Of a stretch of DNA of 33,890 nucleotides, positions 21,730 through 32,823 are shown piece by piece. Numbering within the stretch: position 1 is the stretch's first letter; each line of letters starts with the position of its first letter. The notes beneath the pieces were generated by a model that saw only the letters and a program-made list of their open reading frames with translations, did no database searches and had not been told where the DNA came from. The stretch comes from Nemertoderma westbladi (Eukaryota; Animalia; Xenacoelomorpha), in assembly GCA_032718475.1 (NCBI GenBank), contig JAUCBJ010000930.1, forward strand, positions 1-33,890, written 5' to 3'. The position numbers and the translations under genes were made by a program.

Positions 21730-22092
21730 CGTTGTTGGCGCCCCCATCGTCGCCCCCGTCGCGGCCCCCATTGGCGTCGCCCCCGTCGCCGCCCCCATTG
21801 GCATCGCCCCCGTCATCGCCCCCGTTGGCGTCGCTCCCGTCGTCGCCCCCGTTGGCGTCGCTCCCGTCGCCGCCCCCGTTGGCGTCGCCCCCATTGTCGC
21901 CCCCGTTGGCGTCGCTCTCGTCGCCGCCCCCGTTGGCGTTGCTCCCGTCGTCGCCCCCGTTGGGGTCGCTCCCATCGCCGCCTCCGTTGGCGTCGCTCCC
22001 GTCGTCGCCCCCATTGGCGTCGCCCCCGTCGCTGCCCCCATTGGCGTGGCCCCCCCCCCCCCCCCCCCCCGTCGTCGCCCCCGTTGGTGCAG
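21730..22092. repeat. GC-rich 27-bp tandem repeat (~13 units) interrupted by a C21 run; possibly coding
   Basis: Unit GTCGTCGCCCCCGTTGGCGTCGCTCCC reads VVAPVGVAP (+), or GATTGATPT / NGGDDGSDA (-). Poly-C at 22050-22070 shifts the register by one base. Confidence 0.93.
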
Positions 22093-22720
22093 GTGCCGAC
22101 CGGCTGGTTGGAAAGGGTCGGTGAAGGGAATAGTATCCAGTGTATCCAGTCTCTATGGCTAACTGAAATAAAATAATAACTGTTTTTACATAAATGTATA
22201 AATAAATATATTTTAGATAGAGATATGTTTATTGACAATTTACATATGCGGTACAAATAATATCAAATATAATACTGCACAAAACCTTTACGATAATTAG
22301 TTATTGACACAGTTTGTTATATAAATTGTCCAGTAGATTTTTGAAACTGTCAATAGTCTAGAGAACTTATAGCGAATACTAAATAATTTGAACGTAATTT
22401 AACACAAAAATAACAAACAAACCAACATAAAACCAACATAATAAATCTGAATATCTAGTGAAGGGTAATAACCTATGCTTAATAATACAGACATTACTGA
22501 CTCTATGTACCTACGCAATTGTTCAATATAATCCATATTACCATTGAAAAAGATCCTTATATTATGCATATTTAACTGTGGGTACTGTCTGCCTATTGGT
22601 AGTGATATTGGGCAATGTAACAGTATGTAACATGGTACAGTAACACTTCGTCCTGAACGGATTTATTATCACAGGAACACACTCGCTCCTCGTGTGGAAT
22701 CCGTGACCATCACCCTCGTT

Positions 22721-23150
22721 CTTGTAATACATGTTAAACTGTCGTTTATTGTTTTGGTTCTATCAACATGCCTCTTTAACGTGCTCCTTTACTAACCTGC
22801 ATAATCTTTTAGTGACACATGTTATCTATAGTTTATTGTTTTGGTTCTATCTACATGCCACTGTAACCTGTTCCTTTACTAACCTGCATAATCTTGTAGT
22901 AACAAGTGTTAACTACAGTTTATTGTTTTGGTTCTATCTACATGCCTCTGTAACCTGCTCCTTTACTAACCTGCATAATCTTGTAGTAACACATGTTAAC
23001 TATAGTTTAATGTTTTGGTTCCATCTACATGCCTCTGTAACCTGATCCTTTACTAACCTGCATAATCTTGTAGTAACAAATGTTAACTACAGTTTATTGT
23101 TTTGGTTCTATCTACATGCCTCTGTAACCTGCTCCTTTACTAACCTGCAT
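22721..23150. repeat. 87-bp tandem repeat, ~4.8 copies (probably intronic)
   Basis: (a/g)tgtt anchors at 22731, 22819, 22906, 22993 and 23080; a partial orphan copy at 21216-21260. Confidence 0.95.
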
Positions 23151-23215
23151 TTTTTACTAACCTAACATTTTGTTTACATTATTTGTTCTATTATACTTAA
23201 TTTATAAATTTACAG

Positions 23216-24141
23216 GATGGAAGCAGCTCTCAAGATAGTTTCACTGATGGAGATAATGTTTCCTGGATTCAAGCTGGGAATGGATGACAAGGAGATGCGT
23301 GGTCGGATACTTAGCTTAAAGAAGTGTGGGAAAGATAAGATGGCGTATATCACTAAGAAGGGGGGGTCCAAACGGAGCTTAGTTGAGACGCCCTATGACC
23401 GGCTCTTATGTATTGGTGATATGAACAGTAACATGACATGTTATATACTAACGCAAACACAGGGCCACTCCGAAGAGTCAACTGTGAAACTACTTACAAG
23501 TGACCTATACGTTGGAGCACGAGTATCAATTTCTGCCCCATATTTTAACTGTAAATACATGAGCAACGACACTTCTAATCCCATTATTCATACAGGATCC
23601 CCTATTGAACTAACCCCTGGCCCAGCGTACGAAGTTCACTACGTCCCCTACAACCAATACCCTGGCGATACTGACACTCATATGTTTAGTTACAAGGGTG
23701 TGAAAGTCAGTATCTTCGGGGTGTGTGTTGTAGGGGAGAGGTGTAGTGGGCTGCTTTGTGACAAACGTGCCAGCACTAAGGAGGCAGTATGTGCCTGTTA
23801 TTATAAGACCAGGCGTTCTGCCAACTGGTGTGCTGGAATGTTTGTAAATCCAGAAATTCCAGGATTTCCGGAAGCCGAGGACCGGCTATTCTCGTTCCAT
23901 CTTTCAAAACTTTTCATTAGTCCTTCTCGGGGTTCCAGCCTTGAAGGATGCAGTGAAAGATATTTCAGAAAGGGTCAGTAGAGAATGTGGTTGGTCGGTA
24001 GTGGGATGGTTTAAGTGTGGTACCATCACACAGGCGGATGGCGAGACAACTATTTCACCAGAGGCTGACGCCCATATATCCTATATATGGCCATCAGAGC
24101 CCAATAAAGTAAATGAGTTTATTGAAGAGAGGAAGATATAA
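23216..24141 (+). pseudogene. Cys-rich ~305-aa accessory gene with one frameshift; candidate OB-fold/Zn-ribbon nucleic-acid-binding protein
   Basis: Acceptor tttacag ends at 23215. The 254-aa ORF (YDRLLCIGD..VGARVSISAP..CSGLLCD..CACY..FSFHLSKLF) continues after a shift at ~23930 as VPALKDAVKDISERVSRECGWSVVGWFKCG..AHISYIWPS. The fold call is inference. Confidence 0.65.
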
Positions 24142-24249
24142 GAGGAGATATAAGATTTATTGTTTGTTTTTAAGTTACGTTAAGTACTTTTGTAGTATAC
24201 ATACATTAGCCCCTGTCCTATTTTTTTAATTATATATATATATATCAGG

Positions 24250-24682
24250 AAAAAATACTAAAAAATCAATACATTTTGTTAACCTCAAAAAATTATATAA
24301 AATATTTTGTAAGCCCAAAAAAAAAATATAAAATACTTTCGAAAAAACAAAAAAAAATATAAAATATATTGTAAACCAAAAAAAGTAGAAAATGCGTGCC
24401 GAAATACAAAAAAAAAATATTAAATATTTTGTAAACCCAAAAAAAATATAAAATGCGTTCCGAAATACAAAAAAAAATATAAAATATATTGTAAACCCCA
24501 AAAAAATTGAAAATGCGTGCCGAAATACAAAAAAAATATAAAATATTTTGTAAACCCCAAAAAAATATAAAATGCGTTCAGAAACACAAAAAAAAATATA
24601 AAATATATTGTAAACCCAAAAAAAAATAGAAAATGCGTGAAGAAATACAAAAAAAATATAAAATATTTTTTAAACCCATAAA
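24250..24682. repeat. A-rich ~59-60-bp tandem repeat, ~7 copies
   Basis: Unit approximately aaatacaaaaaaaaatataaaatattttgtaaacccaaaaaaaatataaaatgcgttccg. Confidence 0.93.
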
Positions 24683-24720
24683 TATAACAAAAAGATAAAA
24701 TAAATAGATGTAAAACATAC

Positions 24721-24820
24721 ATACACCTGATGAGGACCAGAAGTCCGAAACTATCGTATCCAATAATACCCATACTGTGTTTTTAATTTATGGGTATTAT
24801 TCGATAAAATAGTTCTGTAT
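24721..24820 (+). ncRNA. Type I hammerhead ribozyme-like motif with long stem III
   Basis: CTGATGA 24727-24733; GGAC-cagaa-GTCC; GAAA 24747-24750. CTAT/ATAG closes an 18-bp hairpin (24757-24774/24789-24806, one mismatch). GUU triplet; stem I ATACA/TGTAT with a C.C mismatch at the first pair. Confidence 0.7.
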
Positions 24821-25238
24821 TTTTCCTGATTGTTTGAATTTATTGTGCTTCCTAACTTTACTTTCTATATTGCATTAATTTCTAATATATTTCTATTTTC
24901 CTGCAGATTGACTATTTTTGTTATATGACAGACAACTTTCTATTATAATTCATAATTTTATTTGTACTGTATGTAATTACGTTTTATAATAAATTGTTCT
25001 GTACAGTAAATCTTTATCGTTGAGTCGGACATTGTCACGCTCTCGTTAAAGTTGTACTCAGTGTAATTACGTTTTATATGGGTTTTAGTTTAGCGTAGTG
25101 TAATATTGTATTTGTAACCAAGTAACATAAAGGACCCCCTTGGAAATAAGCTGCAAAGCTTTAGGGGTAATCCTATATGTTATGTTGGACAATAACATTA
25201 ACAATAATTTGGTGTATTGATTGTTTTTTCTTACATAG

Positions 25239-25826
25239 TTTAGAATTAAATCTATGCTCGATTTTCCCCTAGTAATTGGTGAAATGGGTTGGTTACGTCC
25301 AGAGTCCCACCCCCATACCAGACCATACCATGAAGAGGTATCGGGGCCAAAGCCCGAGATATGGCGCACCTGTGAATGGCAAGGTTACCGTGGTAATCAA
25401 TGTCATGTTCATAGTTTGATATGGACAGATGACACTGATGAGAAAGTTATAATTATATATATAAATTATACTAGTTATACTAGTATAGTTATAATTATAC
25501 GATTTCAAATGATGAAGCTTTTGAATTTTATAAGTGTGGTCTTATAAAAGATCGTCATCATTTAGAATTTATTACTTCATGCTTTAATAGGCAATTTCAT
25601 GATTGTAATAAGCCGGGATCCGGCTGCCAAAAAGGTAAAAAGGGCACTGATCAAACCTTTTGCCGTTTCCATGACTATGAACCATCAAATTATTGGGATT
25701 ATAAACCAATTCCATTAAAGCATAGTGCTGATGCTGTCAAAGTATATCTTGCTAAAGGTCTTGCAATGGAACACCCATATGATCCCTATGGTGAGGGGCC
25801 TATTATGTTAGATCCCTTAAGAGTAG
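25239..25826 (+). mobile_element. Fragment of a divergent Helitron-like HUH replication initiator (Rep)
   Basis: FRIKSMLDF..IWRTCEWQGYRGNQCHVHSLIW (HUH = HVH, 25404-25412) resembles Helitron motif 2 (EFQxRGxPHxHxLxW). After an AT-rich filler (25446-25500), a second frame reads DEAFEFYKCGLI..RQFHDCNKPGSGCQK..FCRF..HSADAVKVYLAKGL, matching the Rep H-x-C..C..CRF block. The catalytic YxxKY motif and the helicase are absent. Confidence 0.7.
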
Positions 25827-27050
25827 GGTTCGATCGGTGCACCGGCTTTGGCACCACCGACACCAGCACCTGCATCCCTGATTGATAAAGTGAGTAAGGA
25901 ATATTCTATGGGTACTTCAAGTTCGGTAACACTGCGGGATGCTGTAGATTTGAGACAAAGTATTTTTAAAAACCCAGAGGCCAGCGAGTTTTCAGATAAT
26001 GATGATGATGGTAGTGAACGCCCACCTCCCCCAGCAGCTGGTCGGCGTCGGTGTGGGAAACCACAGTGGCCTAGCGTTATTGGTTTTTGTCATCCTGGCT
26101 TTCATAGTCATGGTGATACCCCCAACTATGTTACTATTCATGCTGGGCATAAAGATGAAAATAAAAATTTATATATTGATATAGAATTTGGAATGTTATG
26201 GCTGGCTACCATTATGATATGTAATATAGGTATTTTGTGGCAAGCTGTTAATAATTTTGATGAATTGAATGTAGATTGGCGTGGGTGGCTGCTTCGGTAT
26301 GCAGCTCATTGTGTTCCGACATTTAACATTCCAAAACGTGTAAAAAATTATACACCATTTACAGATGAGAAGACACAATTTGAATTTAAAACAATTCTTA
26401 ATGGTAGCATTGATGGTGGACATTGTATCAATGATACACAAAGGGTTGCGTTACTTTTTGACAAATTGGGACAGGTTGGTATAAAGGATATACCTAATCG
26501 CAGCCCTGATGCAACATTTTTAGTACAAAGCAATATATTAAGTGTTGAGGAATACTTGAAATCTCTATTTCCAACAGGAAATGAAGCTGTTTTTATATTA
26601 TGGAACAGTCAACGTGGTATATCAACTTCTATAAAATGCGATGCACCACCAAGAATAGAAATAACTCTAGGCACAAGTTGGAATGTTAATGTCTTGTTTA
26701 GTCACGGTACAGATATCGCTAATAAATTTTGGGAGTTTTCCAATACTGTTAAAATACCCATGCGAAGTGATGAGAATTCTGTACATAATCGGCACATATT
26801 TAATAATTGGACAATTGCTGTTTTTTCAAAAACTGAGGGTTTGGGTATACAAAATTATAGTGATGAATACTTTCAGTTTCAGAAGGTTTGCACAGTTCTT
26901 ATACACAAAGAAAGTCCTTTATTCCTCTCCACAATAACACAAAACCATTTGAATCTGATAACCAAGAGTTTTAACATAACAACAGCAACAGGGATCCGCC
27001 TAGACAATCCAGTTTTTAAAGGGTCTGGAAATTCAAGGAAATTTGATTAA
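25827..27050 (+). CDS. Uninterrupted ~407-codon frame of unknown function, probably part of the same rolling-circle element
   Basis: Open from 25827 to TAA at 27050. Low-complexity start, then a globular Trp-rich block (QWPS..MLWLATIMICNIGILWQ..WRGWLLRY..C..TPF). No ATG at the 5' edge; it directly abuts the Rep fragment. Confidence 0.6.
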   Translation, partial: GSIGAPALAPPTPAPASLIDKVSKEYSMGTSSSVTLRDAVDLRQSIFKNPEASEFSDNDDDGSERPPPPAAGRRRCGKPQWPSVIGFCHPGFHSHGDTPNYVTIHAGHKDENKNLYIDIEFGMLWLATIMICNIGILWQAVNNFDELNVDWRGWLLRYAAHCVPTFNIPKRVKNYTPFTDEKTQFEFKTILNGSIDGGHCINDTQRVALLFDKLGQVGIKDIPNRSPDATFLVQSNILSVEEYLKSLFPTGNEAVFILWNSQRGISTSIKCDAPPRIEITLGTSWNVNVLFSHGTDIANKFWEFSNTVKIPMRSDENSVHNRHIFNNWTIAVFSKTEGLGIQNYSDEYFQFQKVCTVLIHKESPLFLSTITQNHLNLITKSFNITTATGIRLDNPVFKGSGNSRKFD

Positions 27051-27562
27051 AGATATCCCCCTACTCTTATTGATTTGTGAAGCATTACAACGATGCGGAA
27101 TGATTCAATGACTTCAACACTTATATAGCTATATATAGTCTTCAACAGCGAATTAGCTCTAAAGACAAGTAGCAATGGCTACTCTAATTCCATTATATGA
27201 CACAACCACTGTCGCTCACAAAGCAAAATTACTCAATCCTTTCGAAAATTCAATCATTCAGACTACAAATATAAGTGTGAGTGTTAGTGAGTTTCCTATA
27301 AATAAAGTTTCCTATATAAATAATTAAAATTTAAATATAAAGGAATTGAATTGGATTAGCGAAGGCAACTAATTGGGTTAATCAATTATCCATTATTACT
27401 GAGTATAATTACCAACCTACGGCTTTAATAAACAATGTAAAGTGGGTCAGAGTGGTAAATTTTGTAAAGTGCTAAGTGTAGTAGTGAGTTGCTAAGTATG
27501 AGTGGTGTTGATTCAACTAAACTGGAGTTGGGTGGTGCTTAGAAACCTAAGCCTACTGTTAA

Positions 27563-27886
27563 GTGTTCACTGTGTCATACTGCAACTGTATACTGGTACC
27601 GGTACCATTTCAATTAGGAACAGACTCTCGAAATATTGACAGAGAAGGTTTAGTAGAGCTAAGAAAGGGATACAACTCAGCTCTGCCTAAGCAGACTGAA
27701 GAGCTGGCAGTCGGAGAAGCTGTAGAATTTCAGCTAGGAGACACAGCGACGCGTTTGTATAACAAAGTCGTGACAGCCCTGATGGACCATAGAGAATTAT
27801 ATTTCGGCGAGCGACTGGGAAGCAGCAACACAAATCCAAACAACTGGTACCAACTTAACTGGCCATTAAGTCTGCAAACTATATAA
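27563..27886 (+). CDS. Possible exon/ORF of unknown function
   Basis: Higher-GC island with a protein-like frame (GTDSRNIDREGLVELRKGY..) after a ttag at ~27617; no motif recognised. Confidence 0.25.
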   Translation: MFTVSYCNCILVPVPFQLGTDSRNIDREGLVELRKGYNSALPKQTEELAVGEAVEFQLGDTATRLYNKVVTALMDHRELYFGERLGSSNTNPNNWYQLNWPLSLQTI

Positions 27887-29939
27887 ACCTCATTTGTGGT
27901 GGTGCGAGTGATAAGTCTGTGAACATTGAACTTCCTTCATTATTCCAGCAATGGGTCCAATATAATAAATAATATATAAAATCAATAAGTAAAATAATTG
28001 ATAATCTAAGTGTATTAATTATATTTGCGCGGTGGCCACAGGAGTTTATATTTACTTTGAAACAATCAAGGGAACGTTCTTAAATGATGACAAAGTTTTT
28101 TTCAGCATCTATTTATTTATAATATAATTTGGGAAATTCCAAAAAAATTATACTTTTTTTAACAATAAAAGTTTTATATACAGTTTTTCATCATACGTTG
28201 TTTTGTAACATTATGATTTTGGAATAAAACTATATAAATACTTGTTGCAAAGTACATTATGCACACAGATGTAATTAAACTCATTTGAACAGAACCAATA
28301 GCTTATTATATAAAAGTGTAAATAAATATCAATTAACTTACAGATGCATTACAACAGGGAAGTTATTCTCATTGGTATTATGAATGGCGGCGGAGGTGGG
28401 GTCTACTTTATCATTTTTGCAGTTATGTAGACCTTCGACGTCGTTGTCCCTATGATGGTCTGTGCCACCAACCTCCAGCTATTTCCAACCTCCAGCTATT
28501 TCCATTGATGTCCACATATTATATTGACTGTTCAATGAGCAGCTTCGCAATAGACAACATTGTAGGTAGTTTCTTTTAGGTTTATGGGAGCCTCTTGCCT
28601 GGGTCTGCTGTGCGACTCCCTGCTGCTGCATGACCAGTGCTTCAAACAAGCGTTTGGGTTATGCAGCTGGAGCTAGAGGGCCCGGGCTTCATTGATTAAT
28701 CAGTGGCGCCCCTTTGCTCCCACATCTCTAAAGCATTGTTTATAACAGAAGAGACATTGTCAACCATGTTGACAGTGTTACCAGTCGCTGATGTCGATCA
28801 ACTAGATGAATTTGTTTCGAATTCCATTGAGGCAGTAAACGATGCTGGCAGCTGGTATGTTGTCAGTTAGCTGAAGCCCAGACAGAGCGCCAGCAGTCAA
28901 CTCACATCACCCATCACTGCTGGTAATTCCTATATCTTTGGTGATGGCGAACAACATCATAATTGAGCAGCAGCACATTCAGTTGGCTGTGTGTGCTCCG
29001 GTGATACTGGTGCAGCGAGTCAGAGGTTTCGGTCATGTTTCGGAGCTGCCCATGGTAATGTTGTGGGCGACGGCATACCACCAGCTGCTAGAGCTGGCCA
29101 GGCCCAGGGCGATGGTGACGGCGTACTGGTGGTAGCCATAGCCGCTGGATCTGGCCAAGGTGATGTAGTTGCTGTTTAATAGTTTCAGTCATTCATCATA
29201 ATCAACTTCGTTTTTATGAACTTTATATTTATATGTTACCCGTTATCACAAGCTGTTGATTGACTTGCCCTTTTTTTATAGTCACGATTTACTTTCCATT
29301 ATTTTTACAAAACTCTAAAGAACATTATCTGGACCATCACTAGACATTGCATTAACTTAAATTAGTAAGTATATACATGTAATGCCCTGATATGCCTCAG
29401 ATATCCAAGGTTTAATACTGCTATCTTGGTATGCCTACTGGTACCGGTACTTAAATAAATTATTGCAATAAAATGCTACATGCAATGTTTGCTTTAATAC
29501 CAATTTTTCTCAGATACCATAATATATTGATGAAGGTTATGGGATTCATATTACCTATAGCATAGCATAGCTGCATAGGGTATGTAAATTTACTAGGGAT
29601 ACAAGCTACAAGCTTCATGAAAGAATCCTGAATAAGGGAACAGAAGAAAACGAAACAGATAGGTTTTATTTCAAGGATATCTGTCTCGATGAAATGCCAA
29701 TCATGCACCCTGCTAAGTTTATATTGCCCGAAGGTCATGGACTATCATCACTGAGACAGGTATGTCTGACGGCATCAGGCTACAAATGCTGTCAGTATGA
29801 GATGAAGAGATTATGAGCCCTGATTTTTGGGCCTACTAGCAACTACTACCGTAGGCCTACTGATCTATTACTATTAGGCTACTAGCAACTACTAGCCCTA
29901 TTGTAGGCCTACTTATCTAATGCTGTTATGGATAAAATG

Positions 29940-30065
29940 AATATAAATGGAAGAAACATACGTATTTCCATTTTCAATACCAGTCGAGGTCGTGGCGTAT
30001 TGACAATAAATATACCATTTCTTTACACCAAGTATTTGATTCCTTGGCCTTCAGGGTACCTTTAA
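29940..30065. mobile_element. Possible right end of a Kolobok-type non-autonomous element
   Basis: Ends ..CAGGGTACCT followed by TTAA (30062-30065); no matching left end was found and the left boundary is arbitrary. Confidence 0.3.
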
Positions 30066-30229
30066 CTTTGAAAAGCCGACAATTTCATGGTCATCCTTCC
30101 TGAAAAACAGCCCGTAATGTAATAATTTTGGGTTTTATAACTTCTAATAATTTGCCCAATTTGCCCGGGTATATTTGGAATTTTCATTTGGGATTAATTT
30201 ATAAATTTGGTGGATACTGTGTGTCGAAT

Positions 30230-30444
30230 AGAAATAACGCGAATATTCGTGTTCTCTAATATATCCTTAAAGCCAAAATACTTAAACGATCTTGTAAATA
30301 TACTAAATAATAATGTTGCATTGTAGATGCAAGCCTTGGGTGATTTAATACTGAAATGGTTTGTAAGTGGTTTATTCGGTATGTAATAAAATAATTAATG
30401 TTTTTTTTTTTTATTCTTTAATTATTTTGATATGTATTTATTAG
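30230..30444 (+). repeat. Dispersed duplication, copy 1
   Basis: Near-identical to 33712-33890, which lacks 30321-30359. Confidence 0.95.
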
Positions 30445-31733
30445 GGTGTTAACTTAACTAAAACCACATATGGTAGACAATCCTGAATCTGAAATTAAAA
30501 GGGCTTCTATGTAAAGAAGGGATGCTATAACATAACTGAGATCCAGTGTAATAAATTTCTTGAAAATTTTGCTGATCAAAGTAAAGTGAAGTATGCCAAG
30601 CATGTTGTAGTATTCCTCTGTAGAGAAAATCTTAAGGAGGATAATGGAGAATGCTTAATTCTAATTAAAAAAAATATTTTTTAACCTCTAAACCATGCAT
30701 CCATATCACAAAAAGTCGGTTGATCAAAACACCTGCTATGAGAGATACTCGAAGAGCTGTGGTCCAGTCAATTATGAACTATTAATCATCTATTTTATAC
30801 TATATTGTATTGTACAACTCCTCAGTATTTTGATTTGACTTGGTTGGATACTACTACCGTTTACATAAGATGAGCCTACAGACTACTATCTCTAGCAACT
30901 TTGGAATATCCTTCCTTCTGCTTCTCTCTCTGAATTCCTCAGTGTTTTCCATAACAGCATCTAATCTAAGCCTAAGCATACACCTTTGTTGCTTGTTAAA
31001 CTCTTTTGAACCCTCCCCCGTTATGGTAAAAAATTATCCTTCTCCGGTAACATGGGGTATTTTTATACCCCAAATTGATAAGATATTTTAAGTAACATTA
31101 AACAGAAAAACACTTACAATCCCCCTCCCAGAATTTGCCAAATGGTGAAAAAATAAGTTGTGAACTTTTTTTTTCAATTTGGTTGAAGTCTACCCAATAC
31201 TCAATGCCACAAAAGTTATCGCACTACAATCGCGATCATCGTTAACATAGTGATGGGGCGTTTTGCAACAAGATACTATCATAGCAAAGCATTAACTGTG
31301 AGAGTGTTTCTCATTTTAGGTTTTTTAGTGGTGTTATGGGTCAAGTACACCCTGAAGTATACCATTGCAGTTCCAATAAGCATAAAATGAGTCAAATACC
31401 ACCACTAAAAGTCAACAAAGTGATATATATATACAGATATATCACCTCGCAATAGCACAAGATCTTGAATTGTAATATGAAATATACACCATGACTGCAA
31501 AAGTACTGATGATTTGGTCATAAAATGTGATTATTGTGCAACTAAATTATACATTGCAGTTTCAATGAACCCAAAATGAGACCCAAAAGGCCTGAACACC
31601 TCTAAGAAAGCCTACAATAAGAATTATTCGCATATACTTAGCAATCTATCGCATCGCGATTAGGCTGAAGTCTTGGCTTGTGAAATACAGGCCGCACAAT
31701 ACAGTAGCTTCATAATACTGATAATTTGGTCTT

Positions 31734-31880
31734 AGGGGAGGGTATACCATAATTTGACAAAATTGTCGAAAAAAATTTTATTGGCTGATTAAGAGCAGAA
31801 TTTAATGCTGAATCCAGTGCTAAAATCCGTTTTCAGAGTTTTAGTTCATAGTTTTTGAGATATACCCCAAAAACCAAACA
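31734..31880 (+). mobile_element. Candidate left terminus of the Kolobok-type element
   Basis: tta-GGGGAGGGTATACC start (degenerate TTAA/RR terminus) followed by an AT-rich subterminal block, ~1.1 kb upstream of the transposase. Confidence 0.35.
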
Positions 31881-32490
31881 AAAGTTGGAACCGCATCCAC
31901 TAAACACACTGCAATAGTATGCCGTTCGACATAAATTGAATTTTTTCAAGAGACATTGTAAACAAAAATAATGAAGCTGCGGCGGTTACAAGAGGTGCCC
32001 TGCCCTTGTAACAGCAATCAGAAGTGGAGGCAAATTTGAAGTATAGAAATTGTACAGGCAGATGTGTACATACAGTAACAGACCAGTCAGAATACCATGT
32101 ACTGTACTCGTTTCCTGTTTCTTCATTCACAGCTTTACAATCAGACCATACCATTGAAGAAATATCTCTGGTACCGGTTCCTTCAAGTTAGTAGTTATTC
32201 ATTATGGCAGTAACAACAAACCTATCTAGGTCTATTACAGTGCCGGTACCCATACTGGTGTGCTTTTTATTCTAATCATACCTGAATTGTACCAGCACCG
32301 TACCCTAATCATTGCTCGGGCTCCTGTGGGTCTCGTACCCGTCACTCCTTATAACTGTTCGGCCTACTACCGGTGATTACTGTATATCTACTAACCTGAC
32401 TGTTTTGGTCCCCGTTTTGGTGCACGATGATTCCATTGGATTTTGGGTTAGGGTTAGTATGGCTGGTCCGTAACCCACCCTAATTGGAGG

Positions 32491-32553
32491 ATCTGGTTTT
32501 GGCCCCATGACAAGGGGGCCACAGGGCCCCCTGTCATGGGCCAAAAACCAGAT
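32491..32553. repeat. ~30-bp-arm GC-rich inverted repeat (hairpin)
   Basis: ATCTGGTTTTGGCCCCATGACAAGGGGGCC-aca-GGGCCCCCTGTCATGGGCCAAAAACCAGAT; the arms differ only by homopolymer-length indels. Confidence 0.92.
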
Positions 32554-32823
32554 TAAAAATTTTGTCCTGACGGGCACCAAACCCACAAATACCATTGCTC
32601 GTACTGGCACCTTAGCTAAACTCTGCCCATTGTATGCCCAGTGGCCACTGTTCAACTGGTAGGCTACTACAAGTTTAGACTGGCAGCATGTACCTGTACG
32701 TACCGGTACAGATAGAAAATATTTTATTGTGTGGGCATAATAAATTGAAAATTGAGTTGATTTTACAAATATTTCCTTCCTATTTTATTTTTATCAATAC
32801 TTTGCCTAATCAATACTACTATT

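Noticed and set aside
28378-29175. Minus-strand pseudogene with many stops suggesting C-to-T hypermutation or an altered genetic code
   Set aside because: Stop density is not clearly above random and all stop codons begin with T anyway. Only a short Pro/Thr/Trp-rich stretch looks coding, and the long ORFs use the standard code.
30055-31750. The two Kolobok-like termini as one element's TIR pair
   Set aside because: The sequences are not inverted copies, and they are in the wrong order to enclose an element.
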